In this document: positions 1-12,579 of the stretch, one piece after another
Position numbering within the stretch: position 1 is the stretch's first letter
Layout of the letters: the number at the start of each line of letters is the position of its first letter
Assembly: GCF_963921235.1 (NCBI RefSeq)
Contig: NC_086098.1
Location: forward strand, 2,480,001-2,544,000
Length of the DNA: 64,000 nt
Origin: Mobula hypostoma
Taxonomy: Eukaryota
Reading direction: 5' to 3'
Notes under the pieces: model-generated
What the model saw: only the letters and a program-made list of their open reading frames with translations
The model's database searches: none
Told to the model about the DNA's origin: nothing
Program-made: the position numbers and the translations under genes

Positions 1-310
1 AACAGCGGTGGCTGTGAACCCGGGTCACTGGTACTGCAAGGCGTTGTGCTAACCACTACACCTTCGTGCCTCCCTGTGCACTAATGTACACGAGCTAATC
101 TTCTCCTCATCCTCATCCTGGGAATACCTGCAGCTCAGTGGCCAACAACGTCCATTGGAATTGAAACAGCGTTACTATTACAACATTATACTGTCTTAAG
201 GACGTGGAAAAGTTAACAACCTGACATCAGATCTACGTCCTACAATGTCAGCTGCCTTCCTTCAACCATTTGACTCGAGTATAAAATAACAAATCAAAAA
301 TGACTGCTTT

Positions 311-819
311 TGTCAAAACGAACGAGGCGAACCCAAACACAGGACACAGGCACGGAGACTGAGTTAGGATGCAGACGTGGGTGTGAGCGCTGAACGGCCA
401 ACAGGAGGGAGTGCGGGAAAGCAGGAGGCAGGCAGACCTCATCTTGACATGGAGCGTAGAAAGGAAAGCGGCAGACAAAACTTTTCTTAGCACAGAGAGA
501 CGGAGTTACACAGGTAAACCTCGGTGCTGAAGTAGAACTTAAAAAACTTATCTTGACACGGAGAGACTGAGTTTCACAGGTAAATCTCGGTACTGAAGCA
601 AAACTTAGAACACATAATCCTAAGCAGCCCAGAGGCAAAACCAATGATCTGGCAACTAGTGGGTGCAAAGCCAGGGTTCTTATGCTGCAGGTCTTGATGA
701 AAACCAGGTGTGTTGCCATTAAAGGAAATTAGGAGAAAATGGGGAAGTAACGGTCGGAATCATGGCACAATCAAAGGGAATTAGGAGAAAATGGGGAAGT
801 AACGGTCGGGACCGTGACA
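311..819 (-). mobile_element. Solo LTR (probably Gypsy-type)
   Basis: TGTCA...TGACA inverted termini flanked by a perfect 5-bp TSD GCTTT (306-310, 820-824). Internal direct repeats at 721-757/773-809. Orientation is inferred from the TGTCACGG start on the minus strand. Confidence 0.85.
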
Positions 820-1021
820 GCTTTAGTTACATGATCGACAGCTGGATTTGCAAACTGTGCTTCCAAGTGCTTGTCACAAGGTGTGGTTCATGGATAAATG
901 ATAATATAACATGCTGAACGAGACATCAGAATCAGGTTTACAATCATTGAAATGTGTTGTTTTGCAGCAGCATTGCAGTGCAGGTCAAATAAAAAATGAC
1001 TATATGTTACTCTAACTACTA

Positions 1022-1550
1022 GTATGGGGTGCCCAGGAAGGGGTAGCAGCCCTGGTGAAGGGGCTTGTTGTGTCCATTCTGGGGCAGCTCACTCACCTTT
1101 GGTCCCCACCAGACACTCACCTCTCACCTGTAGCTCCAAGTGGCTGTTTGCATGTGACAGTGGCTGCACTCCAGTACACCGCTTCCACAGGTGGGCTAAA
1201 CCAGGTGAGGGTAGCCAGTGGCCTCACACTCAGGTAAGACAGGGACATGCCTGTACTAGCATACACAGTCATCTCCGGCAAACTGGCTGGATGTGATCTA
1301 CAGTGAGATCCAATGGTCAGGAAAGTGGTACTGTAACGCTCCGTGGAGATCAAAGGACATGACAAGCCACAGAAGAGGTCATGGTCATCCACTGCAACCA
1401 AGAAAGACCCCAGTTTGTGATGACTACTCACACCACTAGACCCAGACTTCCGAGGCAGAGAGAATAGAACTGCCCCAGTACAAGTGCTTTTCCACTTTAA
1501 AAACTCTCCCATGTGTTTCCTGTCATCGTCGGACACGATGGGCAAACACT
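1022..1550 (+). mobile_element. Non-autonomous RTE-derived element (5' UTR-like plus 3' end)
   Basis: GGTGAAGGGGCTTG motif resembling RTE/BovB 5' ends; 3' hairpin CATCGT-cggac-ACGATG; ACTACTA on both flanks (1015-1021, 1548-1554); no ORF. Confidence 0.55.
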
Positions 1551-2104
1551 ACTATAAGATATGCCAATATATTAGTTGTTGAAGCACATCTAGCATCCTC
1601 CTTGAACAGCAATATGCTACAATAATATCATGGAAACAACAGACTGTCAGCTCTTTGATTTTAAGAAAAATTGATCATCAAGAAACATTTCCAATTCAGA
1701 AAAACACAGGCAGGACTAATGAATGTTTATTTTTTACAGTGAGTGATTTGACCTTTGCCCTTAGCCCACAATGCAGTCATTTTAGCACTGAAAGAAAAAG
1801 CAACCCCAAATCACTCACAAACACAGGAAAATCCTAGGATGCTAGAAATCCAAAGCAACACACACAAAATGCTGGAGGAACACAGAAGGTCAGGCAGCAT
1901 CTATGGAAAAGAGTAAACAGTTGACGTTTTGGGCTATCTTATTTGCCTAAATATGGCCTTTCAACAGTTAAATCTACATTAAAATAAAATTTGCGCTTGA
2001 AAAAACGAACCAACAATTTCATTCAAATTGAGTAATTATTGAACTTTATAAAGAAATTTCCATGGTACAAAATAAAGACTCCAACAGGAATAGAAACTTT
2101 TAGA

Positions 2105-2590
2105 ATTATGTAGTCATAGTACACAGAGAAAGGCCCTTCAGCCCATCTAGTCTGTGCCAAACTGTAATTCTGACTCATCCCATGGACCCACACCTGGACC
2201 ATAGTACTCCCCGTCCCTCCCATCCATGTACCTATCCAAACTTATCTTAAAAGTTGCAATCAAACCCATATCCGCCACTTCCACTGGCAACTCGTTCCAC
2301 ACTCTTGTGACCCTTTGAGAGAAGCTGTTTCCCCTCATTTCCTCAAACATTTCACCTTTTACCCATAACCTATGACCTGAGTTCTAGTCTCAGCCCATCT
2401 CAGTGCATAAAGCTCATTCCACATTCACACCACGCTCTGACCGAAAGAGTTCCACTTCAGTTTCCCCCCAAACATTTCAACTTTCTTCCAGAACCTATGA
2501 CTTCTATTTCAAGTCTCAACCAACCCCAGTGGGGAAAAAATCCTGCTTTCATTTACTTTATCTAAATCCCTGATGAAATTACATTTATGA
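2105..2590 (-). mobile_element. Degraded CR1 LINE 3' fragments
   Basis: Minus-strand translation RGNSFSQRVTRVWNELP...FKISLDRYM matches the CR1 ORF2 C-terminus. Confidence 0.8.
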
Positions 2591-2693
2591 GGGGCATAAA
2601 TAGGGTAAATGGAATAAATGTACATAAAATTAGAAGCACTGTTTTGATTGCTTGCGAACTACACTCTTATGGACCCAGTCAGCTTCATACTGG

Positions 2694-2891
2694 ATTCATC
2701 CTCTGCGAAGAACCTTCCACTACAGCTGTGGATTGTGATGTCATTCATCCTCTGCGAAGATCCTTCCACTACAGCTGTGGATTGTGATGTCATTCATCCT
2801 CTGCGAAGATCCTTCCACTACAGCTGTGGATTGTGATGTCATTCATCCTCTGCGAAGAACCTTCCACTACAGCTGTGGATTGTGATGTCAT
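2694..2891. repeat. 49-bp minisatellite, 4 near-identical copies
   Basis: Unit ATTCATCCTCTGCGAAGA(A/T)CCTTCCACTACAGCTGTGGATTGTGATGTC starting at 2694, 2743, 2792 and 2841. Confidence 0.95.
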
Positions 2892-3811
2892 CAACCCAGA
2901 ACAAACCATTCCTTCTCAATCATTGGAGAACTGAACTGAAGAGATGGAGGAAGGGGCAGTTGGCTTACAAATAGAGAAAGTTTGTAGGCAGTGTGAGAGG
3001 GCGGATATGCAGGTGATAGCGAACAGATGCCCTCAGACTAATGGTTTGAGATGTGTCTATTTTAATGCAAGAAGCATCATGAACAAAGCGGATGAGCTTA
3101 GAGCGTGGATCAGTACTTGGGGCTATAATGTTATGGGCATTACAGAGACTTGGATGGCTCAAGGGTAGGAATGGTTACTTAGAGTGCCAGGCTTTAGATG
3201 TTTCAGAAAGGACAGGGAGGGAGGCAAAAGAGGTGGGGGCATGGCACTACTGATCAGAGATATTGGCATGGCTGAAGAAAAGGAGGAAGTTATGGTGGAT
3301 TTGTCTACTGAGTCTCTGTGGGTGTAACTTAGGAACAGGAAGCAGTCAATAACTCTACTGGGTATTTTTATAGACCTCCCAGTAGTAACAGGGACATCAA
3401 GGAGCTGATAAGGAGATAAATTGTGGAAAGGTGAAATAATAACAGGGTCGCCATGGTGGGAGACTTTAATTTCCCAAATATTGATTGGCATCTCCTGAGA
3501 TCAAGGGATTTAGATGGGATGGGGTTTGTTAGGTGTGTTTCCTGATACAATATGTGGATAAGCCTACAAGAGGAGAGGCTGTACTTGATCTGGTATTGGG
3601 AAATGAACCTGGTCAGGTGTCAGATCTCTCAGTGGGAGAGCAGTTTGGAAATAGTGATCACAATTCTATCTCCTTTACCATAGCATTGGAAAAGTGTGTA
3701 TGGAACTGGAGGAGATAGTGGAGGTACTTAATGAATACTTTGCTTTAGTATGCACTATGGAAAACTATCGTGGCGATTGTAGGGATGACTTACAGCAGAT
3801 TGAAAAACTTG

Positions 3812-4399
3812 AACATAGAACATAGAAAACCTACAGCACAATACAGGCCCTTCGGCACACAAAGTTGTGCCAAATATGTCCCTACCTTAGAAATTACTAG
3901 GCTTACCTATAGCCCTCTATTTTATTAAGCTCCATGTACCTATTTAAGTGTCTCTTAAAATACCCTATCGTATCCGCCTCCACCACCATTGCCGGCAGCC
4001 AATTCCGTGCACTCACCACTCTCAGAAAAAACTTACCCTTGACATCTCCTCTGAACCTATTCCTCAGCACCTTAAATCTGTGCCCTCTTGTGGCAAACAT
4101 TTCAGCCCTGGGAAAAAGCCTCTGACTATCCACACGGTCAATGCCTCTCATCATCTTATACACCTCTATCAGGTCACCTCTCATCCTCCGTCGCTCCAAG
4201 GAGAAAAGGACGAGTTCACTAAATCTATTCTCATAAGGCATGCTCCCCAATCAAGGCAACATCCTTGTAAATCTCCTCTGCACCCTTTCTATGGCTTCCA
4301 AATCCTTCCTGTAGTGAGGCAACCAGAACTGAGCACAATACTCTAAGAGTGGTCTGACCAAGGTCCTATATAGCTGAGCATTACCTCTCGGCTCCTAAA
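3812..4399 (-). mobile_element. CR1 3' fragment nested antisense in another CR1
   Basis: ORF 3903-4250 reads FSLERRRMRGDLIEVYK; (TTCTATG)n tail at 3812. Confidence 0.9.
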
Positions 4400-5581
4400 T
4401 TGAGCATATAGACATAAAGAAAGAGGATGTGCTGGAGCTTTTGGAGAGTATCAGGTTGGATAAGTCTCCGGGACTGGATGAGATGTACCCCAGGCCACTG
4501 TGGGAGGCGAGGGAGGAAATTGCTGAGTCTTTGGCAATGATCTTTCCATCATCAATGGGGGCATGAGAAGTTCTGGAGGATTGGAGGTTTACAGATGTTG
4601 TTCCTTTATTCAAGACAGGGAGTAGAGATAGCCCAGGAAATTATAGACCAGTGAATCTAACTTCAGTGGTGAATAAGTTGATGGAGAGATCCTGAGAGGC
4701 AGGACTTATGAACATTTGGAGAGACATAATATGATTAGGAATAGTCAGCATGGCTTTGTCAAGGGCAGGTCGTGCCTTATGAACCTGATTGAATTTTTTG
4801 AGGATGTGACTAAACACATTAATGAAGGTAGAGCAGTGGATGTAGTGTATATGGATTTCAGCAAGGCATTTGATAAGGCTTACCAAGAAAGTAAGGAGAC
4901 ATGGGATTCAAGGGGACCTTGCTTTGTGGATCCAGAACTGGCTTGCCCACAGAAGGCAAAGAGTGATTGTAGACGAGTTATATTCTGCATGGAGGTCAGT
5001 GACCAGTGATGTGCCTCAGGGATCTGTTCTGGAACCCTTTCTCTTTGTGATTTTTATAAATGACCTGGATGAGGAAGTGGAGGGACAGGTTAGTAAATTT
5101 GCTGATGACACAAAGGCTGGGGGTATTGTGGATAGTGTGGAGGGCTGTCAGAGGTTACAGCAGGACATCGATAGGATGTGAAACTGGGCTGAGAACTGGC
5201 AGATGGAGTTCAACCCAAGAAAGTGTGAGGTGGTTCATTTTGGTAGGTCAAAAATGATGGCAGAATATAGTATTAATGGTAAGACTCTTGCCAGTGTGGA
5301 GGATCAAAGGGATCTTCGGGTCAGAGTCCATAGGACACTCAAAGCTGCTGCGCAGGTTGACTCTGTGGTTAAGAAGGCATACGGTGCATTGGCCTTCATC
5401 AACCGTGGGATTGAGTTTAAAAGCCGAGAGGTAATTTTACAACTATATAGGACCCTGGTCAGACCCCACTTGGAGTACTGTGCTCAGTTCTCGTCACCTC
5501 ACTACAGGAAGGATGTGGAAAGGGTACAGAGGAGATTTACAAGGATGTTGCCTGGATTGGGGAGCATGCCTTATGAGAATA

Positions 5582-6547
5582 GAACCATAGAACCTACAGC
5601 ACAGAAACAGGCCTTTTGGCCCTTTTTGGCTGTGCCGAACCATTTTCTGCCTAGTCCCACTGACCTGCACACGGACCATATCCCCCCATACACCTCCCAA
5701 CTATGTATCTGTCCAATTTATTTTTAAATGATAAAAAAGAACTCGCATTTACCACCTCGTCTGGCAGCTCATTCCATACTCCCACCACTCTCTGTGTGAA
5801 GAAGTCCCCACTAATGTTCCCTTTAAACTTTTCCCCCCTCACCCTTAACCCATGTCCTCTGGTTTTTTTCTCCCCTTGCCTCAGTGGAAAAAGCCTGCTT
5901 GCATTCACTCTATCTATACCCATCATAATTTTATATACCTCTATCAAATCTCCCCTCATTCTTCTACGCTCCAGGGAATAAAGTCCTGACCTATTCAACG
6001 TTTCTCTGTAACTAAGTTTCTCAAGTCCCGGCAACAACCTTGTAAACCTTCTCTGCACTCTTTCAACCTTATTTATATCCTTCGTGTAATTTTATGACCA
6101 AAACTGAACACAATACTCCAGATTCGGCCTCACCAATGCCTTATACAACCTCATAACATTCCAGCTCTTATACTCAATACTTCGAATAATAAAGGCCAAT
6201 GTACCAAAAACTCTCTTTACAACCCTATCTACCTGTGACGCCACTTTTAGAGAATTTTGTATCTGTATTCCCAGAGCCCTCTGCTCCACTGCACTCCTCA
6301 GTGCCTTACCATTAACCCTGTATGTTCTACCTTGGTTTGTCCTTCCAACGTGCAATACCTCACACTTGTCTGCATTAAACTCCATCTGCCATTTTTCAGC
6401 CCATTTTTCCAGCTGGTCCAAGTCCCTCTGCAGGCTCTGCAAACCTTCCTCGTTGTCTACTACACCTCCAATCTTTGTATCATCAGCAAATTTGCTCATC
6501 GAATTTACCACATTATCATCCAGATCATTGATATAAATGACAAATAA
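5582..6547 (-). mobile_element. 5'-truncated CR1, same subfamily as the 24.8-28.6 kb element, nested antisense
   Basis: Nearly identical to 27713-28650; FADD motif and C-terminus in ORFs 5651-6058 and 6092-6904. Confidence 0.92.
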
Positions 6548-7164
6548 CTCGGCCTGTTCTCCTTGGAGCGATGGAGGATGAGAAGTGACCTGATAGAGGT
6601 GTATAAGATGATGAGAGGCATTGATCATGTAGATAGTCAGAGGTTTTTTCTCAGTGCTGAAATGACCAACACAAGAGGGCACAGCTTTAAGGTGCTTGGA
6701 TGTAGGTACAGAGGAGAAGTCAGAGGTATGTTTTTTACGCAGAGAGTAATGAGTGTTTGGAATGGGTTGCCGGCAACAGTGGTGGAGGTAGATACAATAG
6801 GGTCTTTTAAGAGACTGTTGGATAGGTATATGGAGCTTAGAAAAATAGAGGGCTATGGGTAACCCTCGGTAATTTCTAAAATAAGCACATGCTCGGCACG
6901 GCATTGTGTGCCGAAGGGCCTGTATTGTGCTGTAGGTTTTCTATAATGTTTTGATGTACATGTGACAAATAAAGCCAATCTTTTTAATTTACTCCTTTTT
7001 GTAACTTTTTGCCTTGTGTAGTACTGCTGTGCAAAACAACTAATTTCCGTAAGTTGGTGATATTAAACCTGATTCTAGTTGAATCTCAAAAGTCCTTTCC
7101 TTCTGAGCAACAGTCAAAATGCTCTCTTATGCTGTCTTAGCATGGCAAAAATAAATGGTGGTGG

Positions 7165-7538
7165 TGTTCAGATACATTTCTACCAAAGGAGGTGTAAGGT
7201 GCTCCTTCCTTCTGCTAGCCTGCAGGTCACCCTTGGGCAAGGTGTAGCACCTGCTTAGCCCCCCGATCAGGGTCACGTGAAGGCACGGGAGCAGGTGGTG
7301 GATGGTCGTATGAGCAGCTGGTGCATATCACAAGTCCTGGTTATGCGACCACTGACACCAGGTAGCCAATCTCTGAAGTGTGTTGATAATGGCTGGGGTC
7401 ACCTGTTTTGGAAAGGCACCGCCCAGAAGAGGACAATGGTAAACCACTTCTGTAGAAAAATTTGCCAAGAACAATCATGGTCATGGGACTGCGTCATACG
7501 TATTACAACATGGCACATAATGATGGAGATGATGATGT
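7165..7538 (+). mobile_element. RTE-related non-autonomous SINE-like element
   Basis: ATGGTAAACCACTTCTGTAG...TTGCCAAGAA motif resembling Bov-A/RTE; (GAT)n tail; related copies at about 24430-24630 and 34010-34190. Confidence 0.6.
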
Positions 7539-7621
7539 GAATGCCGCCTTTCACTCCTTAACACTACTGTGCTTTCCCTGCATTTGTTTTAACAGGAGGC
7601 TCTAAATTCTTGCCCCACTGG

Positions 7622-8037
7622 AAGGTCTTTATTCTTTGGAGCATAGAAGGTTGAGAGGGGACTTGATAGAGGTGTTTAAAATTATGAGGGGGATTGATAG
7701 AGTTGACTTGGATAGGCTTTTTCCATTGAGAATGGGGGAGATTCAAACAAGAGGACATGAGTTGAGAGTTAAAGGGCAAAAGTTTAGGGGTAACATGAGG
7801 GGGAACTTCTTTACTCAGAGAGCGGTAGCTGTGTGGAACGAGCTTCCAGCAGAAGTGGTTGAGGCAGATTCGATGTTGTCGTTTAAAGTCAAATTGGATA
7901 GATATATGGACAGGAAGGGAATGGAGGGTTATGGACCGAGTGCAGGTCGGTGGGACTAGGTGAGAATAAGAGTTCGGGATGGACTAGAAGGGCCGAGAAG
8001 GCCTGTTTCCGTGCTGTAATTGTTATATGGTTATATG
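7622..8037 (+). mobile_element. CR1 3' fragment
   Basis: LEHRRLRGDLIEVFK...FFTQRAVAVWNELP; (TTATATGG)n tail. Confidence 0.9.
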
Positions 8038-8110
8038 GAAGAAATCCTGGAGAATGTAACAGAAACTTTTCCAAGAGCTTCACAAAAGAAAATCAACTTT
8101 AATGAATAGT

Positions 8111-9065
8111 AACATACATCAAAGTTGCTGGTGAACGCAGCAGGCCAAGCAGCATCTATAGGAAGAGGTGCAGTCGACGTTTCAGGCCGAGATCCTTCGT
8201 CAGGACTAACTGAAGGAAGAGTTAGTAAGGGATTTGAAAGCTGGAGGGGGAGGGGGAGATGCAAAATGATAGGAGAAGACAGGAGGGGGAGGGATGGAGC
8301 CAAGAGCTGGACAGGTGATTGGCAAAGGGGATATGAGAGGATCATGGAACAGGAGGTCCGGGGAGAAAGACGGGGGGGGGTGACCCAGAGGATGGGCAAG
8401 GGGTAAGTCAGAGGGACAGCTGGAGAAAAAGGAGAGAGAGAGAAAGAACGTGTGTATAAAAAATAAATAACGGATGGGGTACGAGGGGGAGGTGGGGCAT
8501 TAGCGGAAGTTAGAGAAGTCAATGTTCATGCCATCAGGTTGGAGGCTACCCAGACGGAATATAAGGTGTTGTTCCTCCAACCTGAGTGTGGCTTCATCTT
8601 TACGGTAGAGGAGGCCGTGGATAGACATGTCAGAATGGGAATAGGAGGTGGAATTAAACTGTGTGGCCACTGGGAGATCCTGCTTTCTCCGGCGGACAGA
8701 GCGTAGGTGTTCAGCAAAGCGGTCTCCCAGTCTGCGTCGGGTCTCGCCAATATACAAAAGGCCACATCGGGAGCACCGGACGCAGTATATCACCCCAGTC
8801 GACTCACAGGTGAAGTGATGCCTCACCTGGAAGACTGTTTGGGGCCCTGAATGGTGGTAAGGGAGGAAGTGTAAGGGCATGTGTACCACTTGTTCCACTT
8901 ACACGGATAAGTGCCAGGAGGGAGATCAGTAGGGAGGGATGGGGGGGACGAATGGACAAGGGAGTTGTGTAGGGAGTGATCCCTGCAGAATGCAGAGAGA
9001 GGGGGGAGGGAAAGATGTGCTTAGTGGTGGGATCCCGTTGGAGGTGGCGGAAGTTACGGAGAAAC
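8111..9065 (-). mobile_element. Penelope-like element 3' part (GIY-YIG endonuclease plus terminal repeat)
   Basis: ORF 8500-8898 reads GVIYCVRCSRCGLLYIGETRRRLGDRFAEH; 12-bp TSD TTAATGAATAGT (8099-8110, 9066-9077). Confidence 0.92.
8172..8207 (-). ncRNA. Minimal type I hammerhead ribozyme motif
   Basis: Minus strand AGTC-CTGACGA-AGGatctcggCCT-GAAA-C-GTC-GACT: intact core, helix I AGTC/GACT, GUC cleavage triplet. Confidence 0.8.
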
Positions 9066-9128
9066 TTAATGAATAGTGTTGATTTGTGTTGAAAATAAAA
9101 CAATTAGACCACTAGACCATAAGACAAG

Positions 9129-9770
9129 AACTTACTTTACTTTATTGTCGCCAAACAATTGATACTAGAGCGTACAATCATCACAGCGATATTTGATTCT
9201 GCGCTTCACGCTCCCTGGATTACAAATCGATAGTAAATATTAAAAATTTAAATTATAAATCATAAATAGAAAATAGAAAAAGGAAAGTAAGGTAGTGCGA
9301 AAAAAAACCGAGAGGCAGGTCCGGATATTTGGAGGGTACGGCCCAGATCCAGGTCAGGATCCGTTCAGCAGTCTTATCACAGTTGGAAAGAAGCTGTTTC
9401 TAAATCACTTTCAAAAGGCCATGTCTCAAAAGGTGGTATCCATCTTTAAGGACTTCCATCACCCTGCGCTCTTCTCATGCCCGCTTCTCATGACTACCAT
9501 CAAGAGGGAAGTACAAGAGCTTGAAAACACACACTCAATGTTTTAGGAACAGCTTCTTTCCCTCTACCATCAGATTTCTGAATGGACAATGAACCCCTGA
9601 GCACTATCTCAGTATATATTTTTGCCCCCTTTTTGCACTACTTACTTAATTTAAATTTTTTATATATTTCTTATAGTAATTTAGTTTTTATTATCATGTA
9701 TTGCACTGTACTGCTGCCGCATAACAACAAATTTCACAACACATGCCAGTGATAATAAACTTGATTCCGA
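9129..9770. mobile_element. Rex1/Babar-type LINE 3' ends (minus ~9129-9405; plus ~9405-9770)
   Basis: 9129-9405 is the reverse complement of the 3' UTR at 42470-42770; 9405-9770 has the RNSFFPSTIRFLN-type coding end and a GATTC tail. Confidence 0.75.
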
Positions 9771-10964
9771 TTCTGCCTTCTCTTCATAACCTTTGACACC
9801 CTGACTAATCAAGAACCCATCAACCTCCGCTCTAAGTATATCAAATGACTTGGCCTCCACAGTCGTCTGTGGTAATGAATTCCACAGATTCACTACCCTC
9901 TGGCTAAAAGACATCCTCCTCAGCTCCGTTCTAAAGGGATGTCCTTGTATTCTGAGGCTATGCCCTCTGGCCCTAGAAGAAACAGAATCCTAGAAAATAT
10001 GAATAAAGGAATGAAAGTCTGTTTGGCACAGTTGTTTGTTTGAAATTAATTTGAACACTGATAAATGCAATACTTAATATTCGCTGCTTCTGCTCTTGGC
10101 AGCCTTTCCCCAGTCACTGTGGAACCACGTTCTTTACGATCAGCTTACTGATGTCATTAGTGCAATGATGCCAGGCAGGTGGCTGGGTGAGAAACGTCAG
10201 TCTTCTAAGAAAGGAGTTGGTGATGGGCAAGGTGAATTTTAGCTCTTGTGGTGGCACCCCCAACACCCAGGACACACCCTCACCTCATTACAGCCATCAA
10301 AGAGGAGGAACAGGAGCCTGAAGTCACACACTCAATGCTAGAGGAACAACATCTTCCACTCTGCCATCAGGTTTCTGAATGGACAATACGCCAACCCATG
10401 AACACAACCTCACTATTTTGCCCTCTTCTCAAATCATTTATATATACGCATATATCTTATTGTACTGTAGAACATAAAACAGAAAGCAAGTGAAGAGCTA
10501 CAGCAACAGAGTAATTTTTATTATTATATATTGCACTGTACTGCTGCTGCAAAATGACAAATTTCATAAACCTGATTCTAATTCTGAGTGTTTAATGGCT
10601 GGCTTGGACTTACTGGGCTGAGGTTTGTGTATCGGTACTCCGTGTCACTGAGACCATCACTCTTTTTGAACTATTTATTTTCTTCTCATTGTAATGTATA
10701 GTGATCGTCACCTATTGCACTTATTGCATTGTACTGCTGCTAGGACACAAACAACATATTCCCAGACATATGTCAATGATAATAAACCTGATTCTGAACT
10801 TTTGCAAAACCTGATCTGCTGCAGTTAAAACTGATAAAAATAGACACATTGCAAAATTGAACAGTTAGCTAATAGAGACAAACCCACTTCTACAGAAAAA
10901 TGTAACGGCTCATGCTGGAACACCAAGGATTAACCAGTCTATGTATTAATTCATTCAATTATTT

Positions 10965-11260
10965 ATTTGGCACTACAGCCCGGAGTAGACCCTTTTGGCC
11001 CTTTGAGTCACACCGCCCCAGCAACCTCTGACACAACCGATTTAGTCCTAACTTAATCACGGGGCAATTTACAATGACCAATTAACCGGCCCGGTACGTT
11101 GATGGACTGTGGAAGGAAATCAGAGCACCTGGGGGAAACCCATGCACTTCACAGGAAGAAAATACAAAGTTCTCATCAATGATGCCGGAATTGCACTCTG
11201 AACTCCAACGCCCTGAGCCATAATAGTGTCACGCTAACCGCTATGCTAACCGTGGCATCC
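10965..11260 (-). mobile_element. tRNA-derived V-SINE-like element
   Basis: Minus-strand head TAGCATAGCGG (A box) and GAGTTCAGAG; V-domain-like GCATGGGTTTCCCCCAGGTGCTCTGATTTCCTTCCACAGTCCA. Related copies at about 16095-16345, 22695-23055, 34495-34770, 49370-49637 and 63000-63275. Confidence 0.7.
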
Positions 11261-12129
11261 AAGATGAGATAGATATCACTCCTTACTGTGAATGATTTTA
11301 CCAGCTTGAAGGAGTGTTGGGAAATTTTGTCTTATAGGATGCTTGTTACATTGCCTTGTGTAAATAATTTTCTCTCGTTGATGTGAATCCAGTCACCAGG
11401 GCAACAGCTCAGCTGTCGCTGTACATTACAGAGGAAAACTAATGCTTAGTAAGACAAAATAGTGGCACATGTAGTCTTGTACAACAGATTATGCTCCTGC
11501 ATAGCATTTTCATTTTGCCAAAGATAGCAGATAAAGAAGAGACATTTCTTACACATAAAAGATTCTGCAGATGCTGGAAATCCAGAACAACACACACAAA
11601 ATGCTGGAGGAACTCTGCAGGACAGGCAGCATCCACGGAGAGGACTAAAAAGTTGACATTTTGGGCTGAGACCCTTCATCAGGATATTTAGAATGACATA
11701 GATTGCAACTTAGAATCAGAATAGAATTGAATGCCACTGACATGTCATGAAATTTGTTGTTTTACAGCAGCTGTTACAGTTCACCACATAAAAATGACTA
11801 AAAGTCTCAATAAGTGATATAAAAATCTAAATCAGTAGTGCAAAAAGAGAGCAAAATACACTCCTGGACTCTTCAGAGATCTGATGGTGGAGGGGAAGAA
11901 ACTGTTGAGTGTGTGTCTTTCGTCTCCAGTACCTCCCCTTTATGGTAATAATGTGAAGAGAGCATGTCCTCAGTGATAAAAATACCTGATAAGTTTACCA
12001 CAAATCCCTTGGAAGAGTTCTACCTTGATTTATTTCTTATTCCAAAATATCAGCCTTCAAAACTGGGTGGAATCCCACTTGGTAATATTGAGGAAAGAGA
12101 AAATATATCTGTGTTTTTTTCTGCATTCT

Positions 12130-12350
12130 GGGAGTGGTGGGAGTATGGAATGAGCTGCCAGACGAGGTGGTAAATGCGGGTTCTTTTTTAACATTTAAGA
12201 ATAAATTGGACAGATACATGGATGAGAGGTGTATGGAGGGATATGGTCCATGTGCAGGTCAGTGTGCAGGCAGAAAATGGTTTGGCACAGCCAAGAAGGG
12301 CCAAAAGGCCTGTTTCTGTGCTGTAGTTTTTTTATGGTTTTCTATGGTAA
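12130..12350 (+). mobile_element. CR1 extreme 3' fragment
   Basis: VVGVWNELPDEVVNAGSFLTFKNKLDRYM, nearly identical to 28440-28650. Confidence 0.9.
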
Positions 12351-12579
12351 TTTCAGAAAGCTTTCCAAACTCCTGTTGAGCAAAAGAAAGAGCTCTGACA
12401 GATCTTGTGCCTATGCACTAATTACCCTTTTACAAAATTAACTCTTCAGCCCTTTACCTCTTCAACCTATCCCCTCCCTGATTCTTACTTCATCCACCCT
12501 TCCCTGCCCACCTACCCTCACCCTCACTTGGCTTTACCTATCACCTTCCAGTTTGTACTTCTTCCCCTCCCTCCCTCCT

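Larger units (their letters stand above)
2920..6945 (+). mobile_element. Degraded CR1 LINE ORF2 (endonuclease + RT + 3' end), split by two antisense CR1 insertions
   Basis: YFNARSI/ITETW endonuclease motifs; SQHGF, DFSKAFD, VPQGSVL and FADD RT motifs; stops, frameshifts and an internal deletion near 3700. Host segments are about 2920-3811, 4399-5581 and 6548-6945. Confidence 0.9.

Noticed and set aside
1022..1550. HDV-like ribozyme in the RTE-derived element
   Set aside because: I could not assign the nested double-pseudoknot pairings by eye; it would need a covariance-model search.
2694..2891. CRISPR-like array
   Set aside because: Head-to-tail tandem units with no unique spacers, no cas genes, and eukaryotic context.
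11287..11420. Candidate minus-strand exon with acceptor- and donor-like sites
   Set aside because: All three frames hit stop codons and none resembles a convertase.
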